Shown: in pieces, positions 1-10,779 of the stretch | Position numbering within the stretch: position 1 is the first letter of the stretch | Layout of the letters: each line of letters starts with the position of its first letter | From: Rebecca billardiae RCC1528 | Lineage: Eukaryota; Protista; Haptophyta | Direction: 5' to 3' | Length of the DNA: 64,000 nt | Assembly (NCBI GenBank): GCA_965240325.2 | Contig: OZ251224.1 | Span: 2,604,001 to 2,668,000 of the forward strand | Made by a program: the position numbers and the translations under genes | The notes under the pieces: generated by a model | What the model was told of the DNA's origin: nothing | Databases searched by the model: none | Seen by the model: only the letters and a program-made list of their open reading frames with translations

Positions 1-36
1 CGAGCGCAAGTCGTTGCCAACGACCCACCCGCCTCG

Positions 37-924
37 TCACACGAAGTACTCTGGCAGCTTATCATCCGACGTGTCGGCGATATCTTCGCCCTCGCGTGCC
101 GGCTGCGAGCGCGGGTACAGCCGGTACACGTCCTCGTACTCGCCGATCGCCTCTTTGAAGCTCACGGTGAGCGGGACGAGCTCGAGCTCGAGCGGATCGT
201 ACACGACCGCGTGCACGCGCGGCGTCACGCACGAAGCGTCGGGGTCGTCGCGCGTCTGCAGGCGCGCGCGCTGGACGACGCCCGTCTTGAAGACGTTGAG
301 CGTCTGCTCGATCGTGTTGAGCTCGACTAGCCTGCGGTAGCGCTGCTCCTCGTCCTCGATGGCCCTCAGCTGGTCGCGGTGGAGGCGCACGACGTCGCGG
401 ATGTTGCGCAGCCAGTTCTCGAGCGGCGGGTTGTGGTTGGTCTGCTGCATGGCGGCGCGCACGCCGCCGCACTCGTAATGGCCGCACACGATGATGTCCT
501 TCACCTTGAGCACGTCCACAGCGTACGCGATCACCGACATCAGGTTCATATCCGTGTTGACGACGAGGGCCGCAATGTTGCGATGGACGAACACCTCGCC
601 CGGCGCGAGGGCGAGGAGCTGCGAGGCGGGGACGCGCGCGTCGGAGCAGCCGATCCACAAGTACTTGGGCTTGTGCTGCCGTAGCCGCTCGAGCAGCCCT
701 TCCTCCTTGCGCATCTCCTTGGCCCACGCCTTGTTGCGCAGGAAGACCTCCTCCACGGGGTCAAGGCTCGAAGCGCGCTCAGCGGTCGACGCCGGCTCCG
801 GCGCCGTAGGCTTTGGAAGCGGGGGATCCAGGTGCCGCAGGATACGCGGGAGCGGCATCGCACCGCCGAGCCGCGAGCAGAGCAGCACGCAGAGCGCGCA
901 GAGAGGGGCCCAAGCACGTCTCAT
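37..924 (-). CDS. Beta-class carbonic anhydrase with N-terminal signal peptide (~295 aa)
   Basis: Zn-ligand motifs IGCSDARVP and GHYECGGV, plus GEVFVHRNIA. ATG at 924 starts a hydrophobic leader (MRRAWAPLCALCVLLCSRLGGA). Upstream starts in the ORF track look like non-coding extension. Confidence 0.93.
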   Translation of the reverse strand: MRRAWAPLCALCVLLCSRLGGAMPLPRILRHLDPPLPKPTAPEPASTAERASSLDPVEEVFLRNKAWAKEMRKEEGLLERLRQHKPKYLWIGCSDARVPASQLLALAPGEVFVHRNIAALVVNTDMNLMSVIAYAVDVLKVKDIIVCGHYECGGVRAAMQQTNHNPPLENWLRNIRDVVRLHRDQLRAIEDEEQRYRRLVELNTIEQTLNVFKTGVVQRARLQTRDDPDASCVTPRVHAVVYDPLELELVPLTVSFKEAIGEYEDVYRLYPRSQPAREGEDIADTSDDKLPEYFV

Positions 925-1849
925 TCCGATGGGCACGGGGAAGCGTCCACGCGCGAGGCGATGAGCCGTCGATGATGAAGCTGATTGCGTCGCCTGTGTC
1001 GTCCGCCCGGCGGCCGTGAGACGAAAGGCTCGAGTCTCGACGCGACTTTCTCGTGCCGGAACGAACCTCACGATGGCGACACTTTTCACAAGCACAGAGC
1101 AAGAAACAGGCGGTGCAAGTCACCGGCACATGACCGAGGCGATCGCGCGCTGACGCGCCGAGGAGCCCGCAAACCTCGCTGCGAATCCGCCGCCCGAGCA
1201 GCGATCGTCCTCTCGGCCGAGTGCGGCTTCAGTGCTTCGCGTGCGCCCGTGGTAGGGCAAGGAGCTGAGCAAGGACGAGCAGGTCATGCGCGCGCGCGCG
1301 TGAGTGGAACTCGCTCGTCGATGCTTCATCGCACGCCGCCACCCTTCGACGCCGGGTGGCTAGGGCAGCGGCGGCGGCGCGCGAGAGTGCATGATTGACC
1401 GCGCGGGGTGCCGGCTGCTCACCACGCGTGCGCGCTCGGGCTGGCTGCGGCGCAGTGTGAGGTCGCGCACAAGTGCACACGTGACTGCGCGAATGCGGCG
1501 TGGAAGGCCGAGCACAAGGCCGCGTGCCAGAGCGGCGCTGCGCGCGCGGAGGCGCAGGGCGTGTGACCGGACCGTGCGCTCCGTTTGCTCTCAGCTAGCT
1601 GCGTCGTATCGTCCGATCGCTTCTGCCACTGCCTTGGGCCGGTGTGCATGCTCGAGCGAGTTCGGCGGCTCGACGCCTCTCAACCGCGCGGGGTCCGGGT
1701 GGCCCAACGCGCATCCTGAGGCTTTGTCCGGTCTCGGTGCCACGCAAGGCACCAACAGCGCCGCAGCTTTCGGCGGCAGCTCGGCGCGCGCGGCTCAGGC
1801 ACCAGCTGCCAACGCTCCTCGCGAGGGGCGCGGTGCGTGGCGGGCAGGC

Positions 1850-4800
1850 ATGTCGAAGCTCAAGTCTGTGAGCCGTTCCGGCACCGTTGCCTGGTCGACC
1901 TCCGCCGAGCGGCCTGGCCTGCTCGCGGCGGGTACGGTCGCGGGCGCGATCGATGACAGCTTTGAGAGCACTGCGCAGCTCGAGATCTTCAACCTCGAGC
2001 TGGCCTCGCCGAGCGCGGAGATGCCGCTGCTGGGCAGCGTGACGACGAGCGAGCGCTTCCAGCGGCTCGCGTGGGGTACCGGCGTCGACACCGCCTCGTA
2101 CCCGCTCGGCGTGCTCGCGGGCGGCATGGTCGACGGCTCGATCAAGATCTTCAACGCAAGCAAGATTGTGGACGGCGCGGAGGGCGAGGCGCTGGTGGCG
2201 ACGGTGAGCAAGCACCACGGCCCCGTGCGCGGCCTCGAGTTCAACTGGAACCAGCCCAACCTGCTCGCCTCCGGCGCGTCGGACGCGGACATGTACATCA
2301 TTGACGTCTCGCAGCCGGCGACGCCGACGTTTTACACCGCGGGCCAGCGCACGGGCGGGCCGGGCGGCGCGGACATCTCGTGCGTGGCGTGGAACCGCAA
2401 GGTGCACCACATCCTCGCCTCCACCTCGCACTCGGGCCAGACCGTCGTGTGGGACCTCAAGCTCAAGCGGCCAGTGATCTCGTTCAACGACCCGAACAAC
2501 AAGACGCAGCGCAACTCGGTCGTGTGCTGGAACCCCGAAGTGGTGCGTGCGTGCGTGTGTGCGTGCGTGCCGCGCGGCGCGGCGGGGAGGTGGCGTGGCG
2601 GGACGGCGCGGCGCGAGAGCCCGCCGCTGGGGGTGTCGCACGCACGCCCGCTTGCGCGCCGCGCGCGCCCGCGGGCTCGCGGCGCCGCGCGCGCGCGCGA
2701 GGGGTCAGACCACCCACCCGCTCTGGCCACGCCCGCACGCGCGCCGCGCGCCGCGCGCCGGCTCGCAGGCGACGCAAGTGCTCGTCGCGTCCGAGGACGA
2801 CCAGTACCCGCTGCTGCAGATGTGGGACCTCCGCAACGCGTTTGCGCCCGTCGCCGAGCTGCGCGGGCACACGAAGGGCATCCTCGCGGCGTCGTGGTGC
2901 CCCTTCGACAACGGCCTGCTCCTCTCGGCGGGCAAGGACAACCGCACGCTCTGCTGGGACCCGCTGGCCGGGCAGGTCCTGTGCGAGGTGCGGCGGCGCG
3001 CCGCGCGCGCGCGGCCTCCATCGCGCGCCAGCCGGGCAGACGCCGCGCGGCTCGCGCCGTGCAGGCCGCGGCGGCCGCCGCGCCACGCCGGCAGATGTGA
3101 GTCTTGTGAAGCTCACTCTCTCTCTCTCTCGCGTCCGCGCGCGCGCCCGCCCGCACACGCCGCCGCGCGCGCCCGCGCCGCCCGTGCCGCGCAGCTGCCG
3201 GCGAGTGCGAACTGGAACTTCGACGTGCAGTGGTCGCCGTGCATCCCGGCGGTCCTGTCAACCGGCTCGTTTGACGGACAGGTGGCCGTGTACTCTCTGA
3301 CGGACTGCGCGCCGCAGGGCGACGGGTGGACGGGCCACCCGGGCGCGGAGCCGGCGCACGGGATGCGCCGCGCGCCCAAGTGGCTGCAGCGGCCGTGCGG
3401 CGCGTCGTTCGGCTTCGGCGGCCAGCTCGTCACCTTTGCGCCGCAGCCTGCCGCGCCCGGCGCCGCCGCGCCGCGGCCCACCGTCCAGGCGCTCCAGGTG
3501 GCCACGGGCTCGGACACGGTGCAGCGCGCGGCGCAGCTCGCGGAGGCGCTCGAGAGCGGAGACGTGAACACGCTGTGCAAGGCGAAGGTGGAGGCGGCGA
3601 CGACCGAGTCGGACAAGGCGGTCTGGGGCCTTCTCGCCGTGCTCTCGTCCGCCGACGCGCGACAGGAGTTGATCGAATTCCTCAGGCCGGTCGAGGGCGA
3701 GGGTGCGGACGCGGCGGCGGAGCAGGCGGGCCCGACCGACGGCGGCGCCGACGCGGGCGCGTCCGCCACCAACGGCGTGGCGCTCGACGCGGACGCGGCG
3801 AGCTCGCTCGCCGCGCTGGCGCTCGCCGACGGCGGCGCCGAGCTCGCGCCCAGCGCGCCCGCCGCCGCGCCCGCCAAGCCGCCGCGCCCCGCGCCGCCGC
3901 CGCCGCCGCCGCCGAGCGTCGCGCCCGCGCTCGAGGCCAGGCTCCGGCGCTCGCTGGTCGCGGGCTCCTTCGAGACGGCCGTCGACATGTGCGTCGAGCA
4001 CGGCCACATGGCGGAGGCGCTGGTGCTCGCCGCGTCGGGCGGCCCCGAGCTGTGGGCGCGCGCTCGTGACATCCTCCTCACCTCGCACCCGGCGCCCTTC
4101 ATGCGCGTGCTCTCGGCCGTGGTGCACCAGTCGTTTGGGGAGCTGGTCGCCGAGTCGCCGCTCTCGCAGTGGCGCGAGACGCTGGCGATCCTCAACACGT
4201 ACGCGGCGGACCACGAGCTGGCGGAGCTGTGCAACCGGCTGGCGCTGCGGCTGCAGGACGAGGGCGGCGACAAAGAGACGGCGATGCTCTGTTTCATGTG
4301 CGCGGGCAACGTCGAAGCGACCACGCTGCTGTGGCTGGACGCGCTGCGTGGCCAGCTCGACGCGGCGGCGGCCGGCACGGCCGCCGCCGAGCGGCACGCG
4401 CCGCTGGTGGCCTTCATCGAGCGCCTCCTCGTCTTCCGCCGGGTGACGGCGGACTCGGGCGCGGGCGCACCCGCTGAGGTCCACGAGCGGCTGGCTCAGT
4501 ACGCGGAGCTGCTCGCCGCGCAGGGCTCGTTTGCGCACGCTCTCGGCGCGCTGCACGCGTCAGGCGGCGGTGGCACGCCCGACGCGGGCGGCGAGGGCGA
4601 CGGCACCTCGGCGGAGGTCGCGCTGCTGCGCTACCGGCTGCACTTCTCGGGCAAGCTGGACATGCGCGGAGTGCAGCCGCCGCCCGCGCCCTTTGCCTTT
4701 GTGCATGTCGGCATGGCCCCGGCGCCGCCCGCGCCCTCGCCGCGCGCGGCGGCCGGCGGCGCGCAGGGCGGGATGGGCGGCGCGCGCCAGCCAACTGGGA

Positions 4801-6217
4801 TGGAGGCGCAGTCTGAGCTCTTCGCTCAGCCGCAGGGCGCGGCGGCCGGTGGGATGGGCGCGGCGCAGCCGCAGCCGCGCGCGGCGGGCGCGGGCGGCTA
4901 CTACGCCCAGCAACAGCCGGCGCCGAGCGCGCCGCAGCCCGCGTACGGCGGCGGCGCGCAGCAGCCGGGCATGGCGCAGGGCGGAGGCTACGGTGGCGGC
5001 GGCTATGGCGCGCCCGCGCCGCAGCCGCAGCCGGCCGCTGCGTATGGCGGCGGCTACGGTGCGCAGCCACAGCCGCCGGTCGCGGGCGGCTACGGCGGCG
5101 CAGGCGCGTACGGCTCGCAGCCGCAGCAGCCGCCGGCGCAGCCGAGTCCGGGCGGAGGGTACTACGGCCAGCCGCAGCCGCAGCCGCCGCAGCCGCCGCC
5201 TGCTCAGCCGGCGCACGCCTACGGCGCGGCGACCCCCGGTGGGTACGGCGGGGCGCCGGGCTACGGCGCGCAGCCGCAGCACGGCGCGGCGCCCGGCTAC
5301 GGCGCGCAGCCGCAGCAGCCGCCGCCGCAGCCCGCCGCGCCGCAGCAGCCGCCGCAGCCGATCAACGTGTTCACACCGGTCGCGCCGCCGCCGTCGCAGC
5401 CGGCGTCGCAGCCATCGCCCGGCCTGCAGCCGACGCCCGCCGCGCCGCCGCAGCCGCCGCCGCAGCCCGCGCCACAGGTGGGCGCTAGAGCGCGCGCGAG
5501 CACGTCGCGGGTGGCGCCCGCGCGCCCGCGCGCGCGAGGGGGCGCGTCGACCGCGCCAACGACCCACCGCGCCCTCGCGCCCCGCGCCCCCGCCCGCCGC
5601 GCGCGTCCGCGCGCCGCGCAGCGCATGGCCGACGCCGACACGTCGTCCGTCACTGGCAACAACCTGGTGGTGGTCCGCACGCTCAACTCGATCATGGATA
5701 GCTTGCTCGCGAGCGCGCCGACGCCGGTGCGCGCGGCGTGCGCCGGCGCGCGCGTGCGCCGCGGCCCCGCGCCGTGCCGCCGCTCACGCCTGCGCCCTCC
5801 CGGACCCGCCCGGACTCCCGGCCTCTCGGCCGGACTATGGGCAGATGGAGAAGCGCAAGCTGGAGGACGTCTCCAAGCGGCTCGGCGCGCTGCTCGTCAA
5901 GCTGAACAACAACGACGTCACGCCCGCCGTGTGCGAGCGGCTGTATCACATCTCGCAGGGTGAGCCGACGGGCCGCGTGCGCCGCGCGTGCACCCCGCGC
6001 GCGTGGCCGCGACGGCTGCGCGTGCGATGGCTGACGCGTGCCCGCCCCGCGCGCTGGCGCCCCTTGCCGTGCGCGCGCGCGCGCAGCGCTGTCTGCTGGC
6101 GACTATCGCACGGCCCTGCAGCTCCACGTCGAGATCACGACCTCAGACTGGGCAGACAATGGCACGTGGCTGGTCGGTCTCAAGCGTATGATCGAGTCGC
6201 TGTCCAAGGGCAAGTGA
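1850..6217 (+). CDS. SEC31: COPII coat subunit Sec31; predicted exons 1850-2542, 2769-2987, 3195-5477, 5622-5726, 5845-5959, 6087-6217
   Basis: N-terminal WD40 propeller (AGTVAGAIDDSF, VWDLK, QMWDLRN), APKWLQRPCGASFGFGGQLV motif, alpha-solenoid, Pro/Gly/Gln/Tyr-rich linker, C-terminal helical domain (KRKLEDVSKRL...WLVGLKRMI). GT-AG introns join the frames. Confidence 0.95.
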
Positions 6218-6806
6218 TCCGCCGCCCTGCCGCCGTGGCCGCGCCGCTGCAAGCGCGCGTGACCTGAGTCCTGTCACCTGTGAGCCGGCTGTGTCGTCCG
6301 TGGTCAGGGTGGGTTCGCGTGGGGCTTCACGTGCGGCGACGCTCGCGCGCCGACCACGGGTGATCAGCCCGGGCGCTGGTCGGAGCCTCGCCTGCGGCAC
6401 GTGCCGTCGCGCAATGGGTTCGCAGTGCGCAGCCTCCAGGACGGTGCATTGCAAAGCATCGATCGACGGCGCCTCACTGCCACTGGCTCAGGCCGGCACG
6501 GGCGGGACAGGCCGGGGCGCTCGTCGCTGGGAGTGCCGGGGCCCGTGCCCGTGCGGCGTGCCAGCCGGGTGGGACACTGTGGAAGTCTGAGTCTCAGGCA
6601 ATTACACGCGTAGTACTATCATAGCACACACGCGAGTACTCGTAGTCCCGAAGTTGCTCATCCTAAGAGCTGTGCTATGAGCATCATATCGGCTGACAGT
6701 GTGGCACTGTCATGCCCGGGCTACGACGAGCCGCCGTCGAGCGCGGAGCGGAGGGGATTTGGGGAAGCGCCGTTCCCGCAGAAGAGCGGCAAGGCCAGCC
6801 AGAACG

Positions 6807-7910
6807 ATGGCGGCCGCCCTCGTGGCGTTCGTGGTCGGCTCGCTGCATGCGCACAGGGCAGGCCATGCGCACGCTCTCTGGGCACGGCACGTCCCCACTC
6901 GTCTCTTGCGCATGCGAGCAGACGAGGCCGCGCCCACGACCTCCCCGTCCGACGACGGCGCGGTGCACAGGCCGCCGGGAGCGTTGCAGGACGTGCGCGA
7001 GCGGAAGCTCAAGGACGTGAGCGGCCTCATGTCACTTCCGGAGGCGCGGGACGACGGGCCGTGGCTCATGCGGCTCAACTACATGGCGCCTGAGCAGTCG
7101 TATCGCTTCTCCGATGCCATCCGCAGCGCCCGCGCCGACGGTCGACTCGCCATCGTCGCCGACCTCGCACGTCGCACCGGCGCTGACGGCCCTGAGCTGC
7201 GCCCGGCCGGCAGCGACTTGGCCGCCGAGGCGAGAGCGCTGCACGCGCTGGGCGTGTGCGCCTTCGTGGCGAGTGTGGACAGCGGGCTGCACGGCGCGAG
7301 CCCCTATGACCTCGACGAGCTCACCCGCGCCCTCGACGGGCCGGACTCGAGCACGCGCGCCCGCGCGCCGCCGGTCGCCGCCGACGAGAGCGTGCTCCAC
7401 CCGCTGCAGGCGGCGCAGCTGGTCGAGTGTGGCGCGAGCGCGGTGGTGCTCGTGGCCTCGCTCGTGGGGCCTGAGCTGGAGGATCTGCTCAACACGTGCA
7501 CAGTCATCGGCGCCGAGGCGCTCGTCGAGGTGCACACCACTGACGAACTCCTGCTCGCCCTCGAGAGCGGCGCGACAGCTGTGCTCGTCAACCGACGCTC
7601 GCGCGGCACGGGCGCTCTCGACGACAGCGCGGCGCTGCGGCTCGGCGCGCTGATCCCGGGGCACGTCCTCTCCCTCGCAACGGGCGGCTACGGCGCGCAG
7701 ACGAGCGAGAGCGAGTTCGAGCAGCTCCTCCAGGCGGGCTATGACGGCGTGCTCCTCGGCGCAGCGCTCGTGGCCGCTCCGCCCACGGCACGTCAGCAAG
7801 CAGCCGAGGGCGGCGCGGTGACTGATCCGGCAGCCGTGATCCAATGCGCGCTGTCGCCCGTGCTCGAGCAGCGAGCCATCTCGTGGGGGACATACGGTGG
7901 CGAAGGGTGA
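6807..7910 (+). CDS. Indole-3-glycerol-phosphate synthase (TrpC)-like TIM barrel, probably plastid-targeted and catalytically degenerate
   Basis: LHPLQAAQLVECGASAVVLV, EALVEVHTTDEL, VNRR and GYDGVLLG match the IGPS pattern. Hydrophobic then basic leader suggests a bipartite presequence. Confidence 0.75.
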   Translation: MAAALVAFVVGSLHAHRAGHAHALWARHVPTRLLRMRADEAAPTTSPSDDGAVHRPPGALQDVRERKLKDVSGLMSLPEARDDGPWLMRLNYMAPEQSYRFSDAIRSARADGRLAIVADLARRTGADGPELRPAGSDLAAEARALHALGVCAFVASVDSGLHGASPYDLDELTRALDGPDSSTRARAPPVAADESVLHPLQAAQLVECGASAVVLVASLVGPELEDLLNTCTVIGAEALVEVHTTDELLLALESGATAVLVNRRSRGTGALDDSAALRLGALIPGHVLSLATGGYGAQTSESEFEQLLQAGYDGVLLGAALVAAPPTARQQAAEGGAVTDPAAVIQCALSPVLEQRAISWGTYGGEG

Positions 7911-8855
7911 GCCGTCCGCTGCGTCCCGTCCGCTGATGTCGTCGAGCTTCGAGCAGGGTAGGCTGAGCAGACCGGATCGCCTTGCCACTGCCTGCGGCCG
8001 GTTGCGCTTGGCCTTGCGCGCGGCTCAACAAGGCTCGTTCATTCGGGGCGTCTCGCTCTACGACGCGGCGCGGTGGAGGGCGAGGTGGAAGGCCCGATTG
8101 CATAGCCGTACGAGCACGCATTCCGGAATTGCTGGCCGCGACCCAGCTTCGAGCTGCAGCAGCCGTGCCGCGGCCAGAGCAGGCTGAGCCGAGCGCCCGC
8201 ATGCAGCCGTGCCAGGCTGGCCAGCGGCCGCCCGGCCGGGCGCACCCGCGCCCGCGGCCGCGGGGCTCAGGGCGCTCAGGCCTCAGCCCGAGTGAGCCCG
8301 GCTCGGCTCGGCCGCCCGTGGCGCGCCACGCGGCGGTGAATGTTAAGAAAGCATCAGCGCGGGGCGAGGCGTGCAGTTCCTCAAGCGGCATATATCGTCG
8401 TCGTCACGGCGGACTACTACTCCGTGAGTACTGGCGTGCACTGCCGCGCCGCCATTGAATTTGAATATATTATTTATTGATGATTTCGATATCGGGCAAA
8501 TGATATTTCGGCTGCGCGCCATGCGGCTGCGCGGCATTGCGCGCGCATAATGCATATATGATTCGCGGTCAGATCAGAGACAGAGTAGACATCAGATCGT
8601 CAGATGACACGGCGATTTCCAGGTTCGCGCCGTCAGCCGTCACGACTGCTGCAGCGGCCGCACCGCGGCACCTGGTTGAAGCGGTCAGAGCGGACAAGTT
8701 ACTGAGTACCGGCAGGTCCGGTGACGCTCAGCCACGCTCACTGCTGTAGTCGCATGGCGCGCTCACAGTGACATTGTGAAGTGCGGCCCCGAACCACACC
8801 ACGGTCCGCGCTCCGCGGCACTCCACGCGTGGTGGCGCCGCCCCGGCCCGCGCCG

Positions 8856-10427
8856 TCATACTCGATCCGGAGAGCCGCCCGGGCGGAGCGGCTGCGGCTC
8901 GGGCGAGCTGCGCGAGCACGAGCCGTATGCAGGGTGCACGAGCATCTGCTGGCTGCTCGACGTGCCCAGGGCGGTGCGGTTGAACTCGTGCACGAGGCAC
9001 GGCAGCCGGAAGAGGTCCACCGCCCAGCCCACGCCCAGGAAGCCGACGGTGCAGCAGTGGCCGAGCGCCCAGCGGTAGCGACCCAGGTACCAGTGGTGCA
9101 GGCCGAATAGAATCCCAAGCGGCGAGAGGCACATCACATACAGGTCAACAATGTCGCGCGGCAGGTCGGGCTCCGCCCAGCCGTGCCGCGCGCGGTGCAC
9201 GAGCAGCGGCATGCGCAGCAGATCCATCGCGTAGCCCACGCCCATCAGCCCGAACGTGAGCAGGTAGAGCACGCCCCACTTGTGCCGGCCCAGGTAGAAC
9301 CAGTGCAGGCCGAGCCAGCCGAGCCCGATCCCGAGGATGTACGCGTCGAGTAGCGTCGGCTGCGCGCCCTCGTCCTTCGGGGCCGAGGGCGACTCGAGCT
9401 GCAGCGACTCGTACGACGGCGGCGGCTCGAGCTCGGGCGGCGCGGGCGTGCCCGACACCACGCTCCCGGGCACAACCGTCGCCTGCAAGATGGGCGGCGC
9501 AGTGGGCGCCGGCAGCGGCGCTGCGCGCTTGTCCGCGCTGGACGCGCCGTGCGCGGCGAGCGAGCCGGGCGAGGCCGCGTCGTCGTCGTCGTCGTCTGCG
9601 TCGGCGCGGCCGGCCTCGAGCGCGGCCATCTTGCTCGGCTTCGCCGGCGCGGCCTGCGTGTGCGTGTGCGTGTACCGCACGACCAGCGTCGAGCGCTCGC
9701 GGCACTCCTTGTTGGAGCAGTACCCGCGGCCGTAACCTCGTTTGGTGGCGCCGCACAGGTGGCATCGCTCGCGCGCGACGGCTTTGCCCGAGGTGGGAGG
9801 CGCGCTGGAGCCGGGCACGCCGGAGCTGCCCGCGCCGGAGCTACCCGTGCCGCCCGCGCTGCTGCTGCCCGCCGCGCCGCTGCTGCTGCCGCCCTCGTGT
9901 GACGCGCAGTCTGAAGATTCCTTCGCGCGCTTCTCGGGGGCGTGGTCGGCGGTGATGTAACGCTCGACCTCGCGGCGCTTGCCGCCGCGGCTCGGCGCGA
10001 CGACGACGACCGGGCTGGAGCCTGGCTGGCGCTGTGAGGCCGTCGCGACCACCGTCGCCACCGGCGCCGTGCTGCACGCAACCGCTTGAGCGATTGGCTG
10101 CGCGATCGGCGGCGGTCCTCCCGCCGCGGTCGCCGAGTGCGCCGCTGAGCGCGGCGAGGGCACGCCGTCGACAGGTGGCTGCGTATCGGCGCCGATAAGG
10201 TCGCTGAGGAACGCCGAGAGCGCCGCGTCGTCCGCGTCGCGCAGCACCTCGGGTGTGAGCAGCCCGACGATGTCCTCTGGGATCAAGTTCTCGTCAACCG
10301 CGTCGCGCAGCTCCTGAAGCGGATCGACGAAGCCGGTGTCGGTGTCGGCCTGAGTGCTCCCACTGATCACGTCACCGCTCACCGTCTGGTGGGACGATGA
10401 GCCATGCTCGGGGGACGAGCCTTGCAT
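8856..10427 (-). CDS. Protein with a CxxC..C..C Zn-finger-like motif, a PPxY motif and two C-terminal TM2 domains (start codon uncertain)
   Basis: Two TM2 signatures (GWLGLHWFYLG...LLTFGLMGVGYAMDL; GLHHWYLG...TVGFLGVGWAVDL), RCHLCG...YCSNKEC and PPPSY. Confidence 0.8.
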   Translation of the reverse strand: MQGSSPEHGSSSHQTVSGDVISGSTQADTDTGFVDPLQELRDAVDENLIPEDIVGLLTPEVLRDADDAALSAFLSDLIGADTQPPVDGVPSPRSAAHSATAAGGPPPIAQPIAQAVACSTAPVATVVATASQRQPGSSPVVVVAPSRGGKRREVERYITADHAPEKRAKESSDCASHEGGSSSGAAGSSSAGGTGSSGAGSSGVPGSSAPPTSGKAVARERCHLCGATKRGYGRGYCSNKECRERSTLVVRYTHTHTQAAPAKPSKMAALEAGRADADDDDDDAASPGSLAAHGASSADKRAAPLPAPTAPPILQATVVPGSVVSGTPAPPELEPPPSYESLQLESPSAPKDEGAQPTLLDAYILGIGLGWLGLHWFYLGRHKWGVLYLLTFGLMGVGYAMDLLRMPLLVHRARHGWAEPDLPRDIVDLYVMCLSPLGILFGLHHWYLGRYRWALGHCCTVGFLGVGWAVDLFRLPCLVHEFNRTALGTSSSQQMLVHPAYGSCSRSSPEPQPLRPGGSPDRV

Positions 10428-10779
10428 GAAGTGCGGCTCGGGCGTGAACGCCGACCTGCCTTGTGCCGTTCGTGCCGGCGGCGGTCCTCTTCGTTTCCGG
10501 CTCATACAACATACCCGCATCCTAATCAAACCCGCGCGCGGACGACCGGTCAACAGCTATCAGCCCGGGGAAGCTTTCGCGGAAGTTTTGCTTTGACGAC
10601 TGGTCTTTTGATGAAGCCGGACCCGGACCCTTTCTCGCGGCTGCGCACCCCACTCGACGCCTCGGCTTCGAGTCTCGACGGCCGAGTGGCGTCACGTCTC
10701 GCCACATGGCACCGGCTCTCAGCTGTCGGCTGTCGGGACCAACGCGGCCGACCACCCGCCTCGCACCCCCGAGCGCTCG

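Noticed and set aside
7982-8458. Short intergenic ORFs here and at 13350-14600, 51170-53300 and 54070-55900
   Set aside because: Mostly non-ATG starts, no host-like codon bias, no recognisable motifs.
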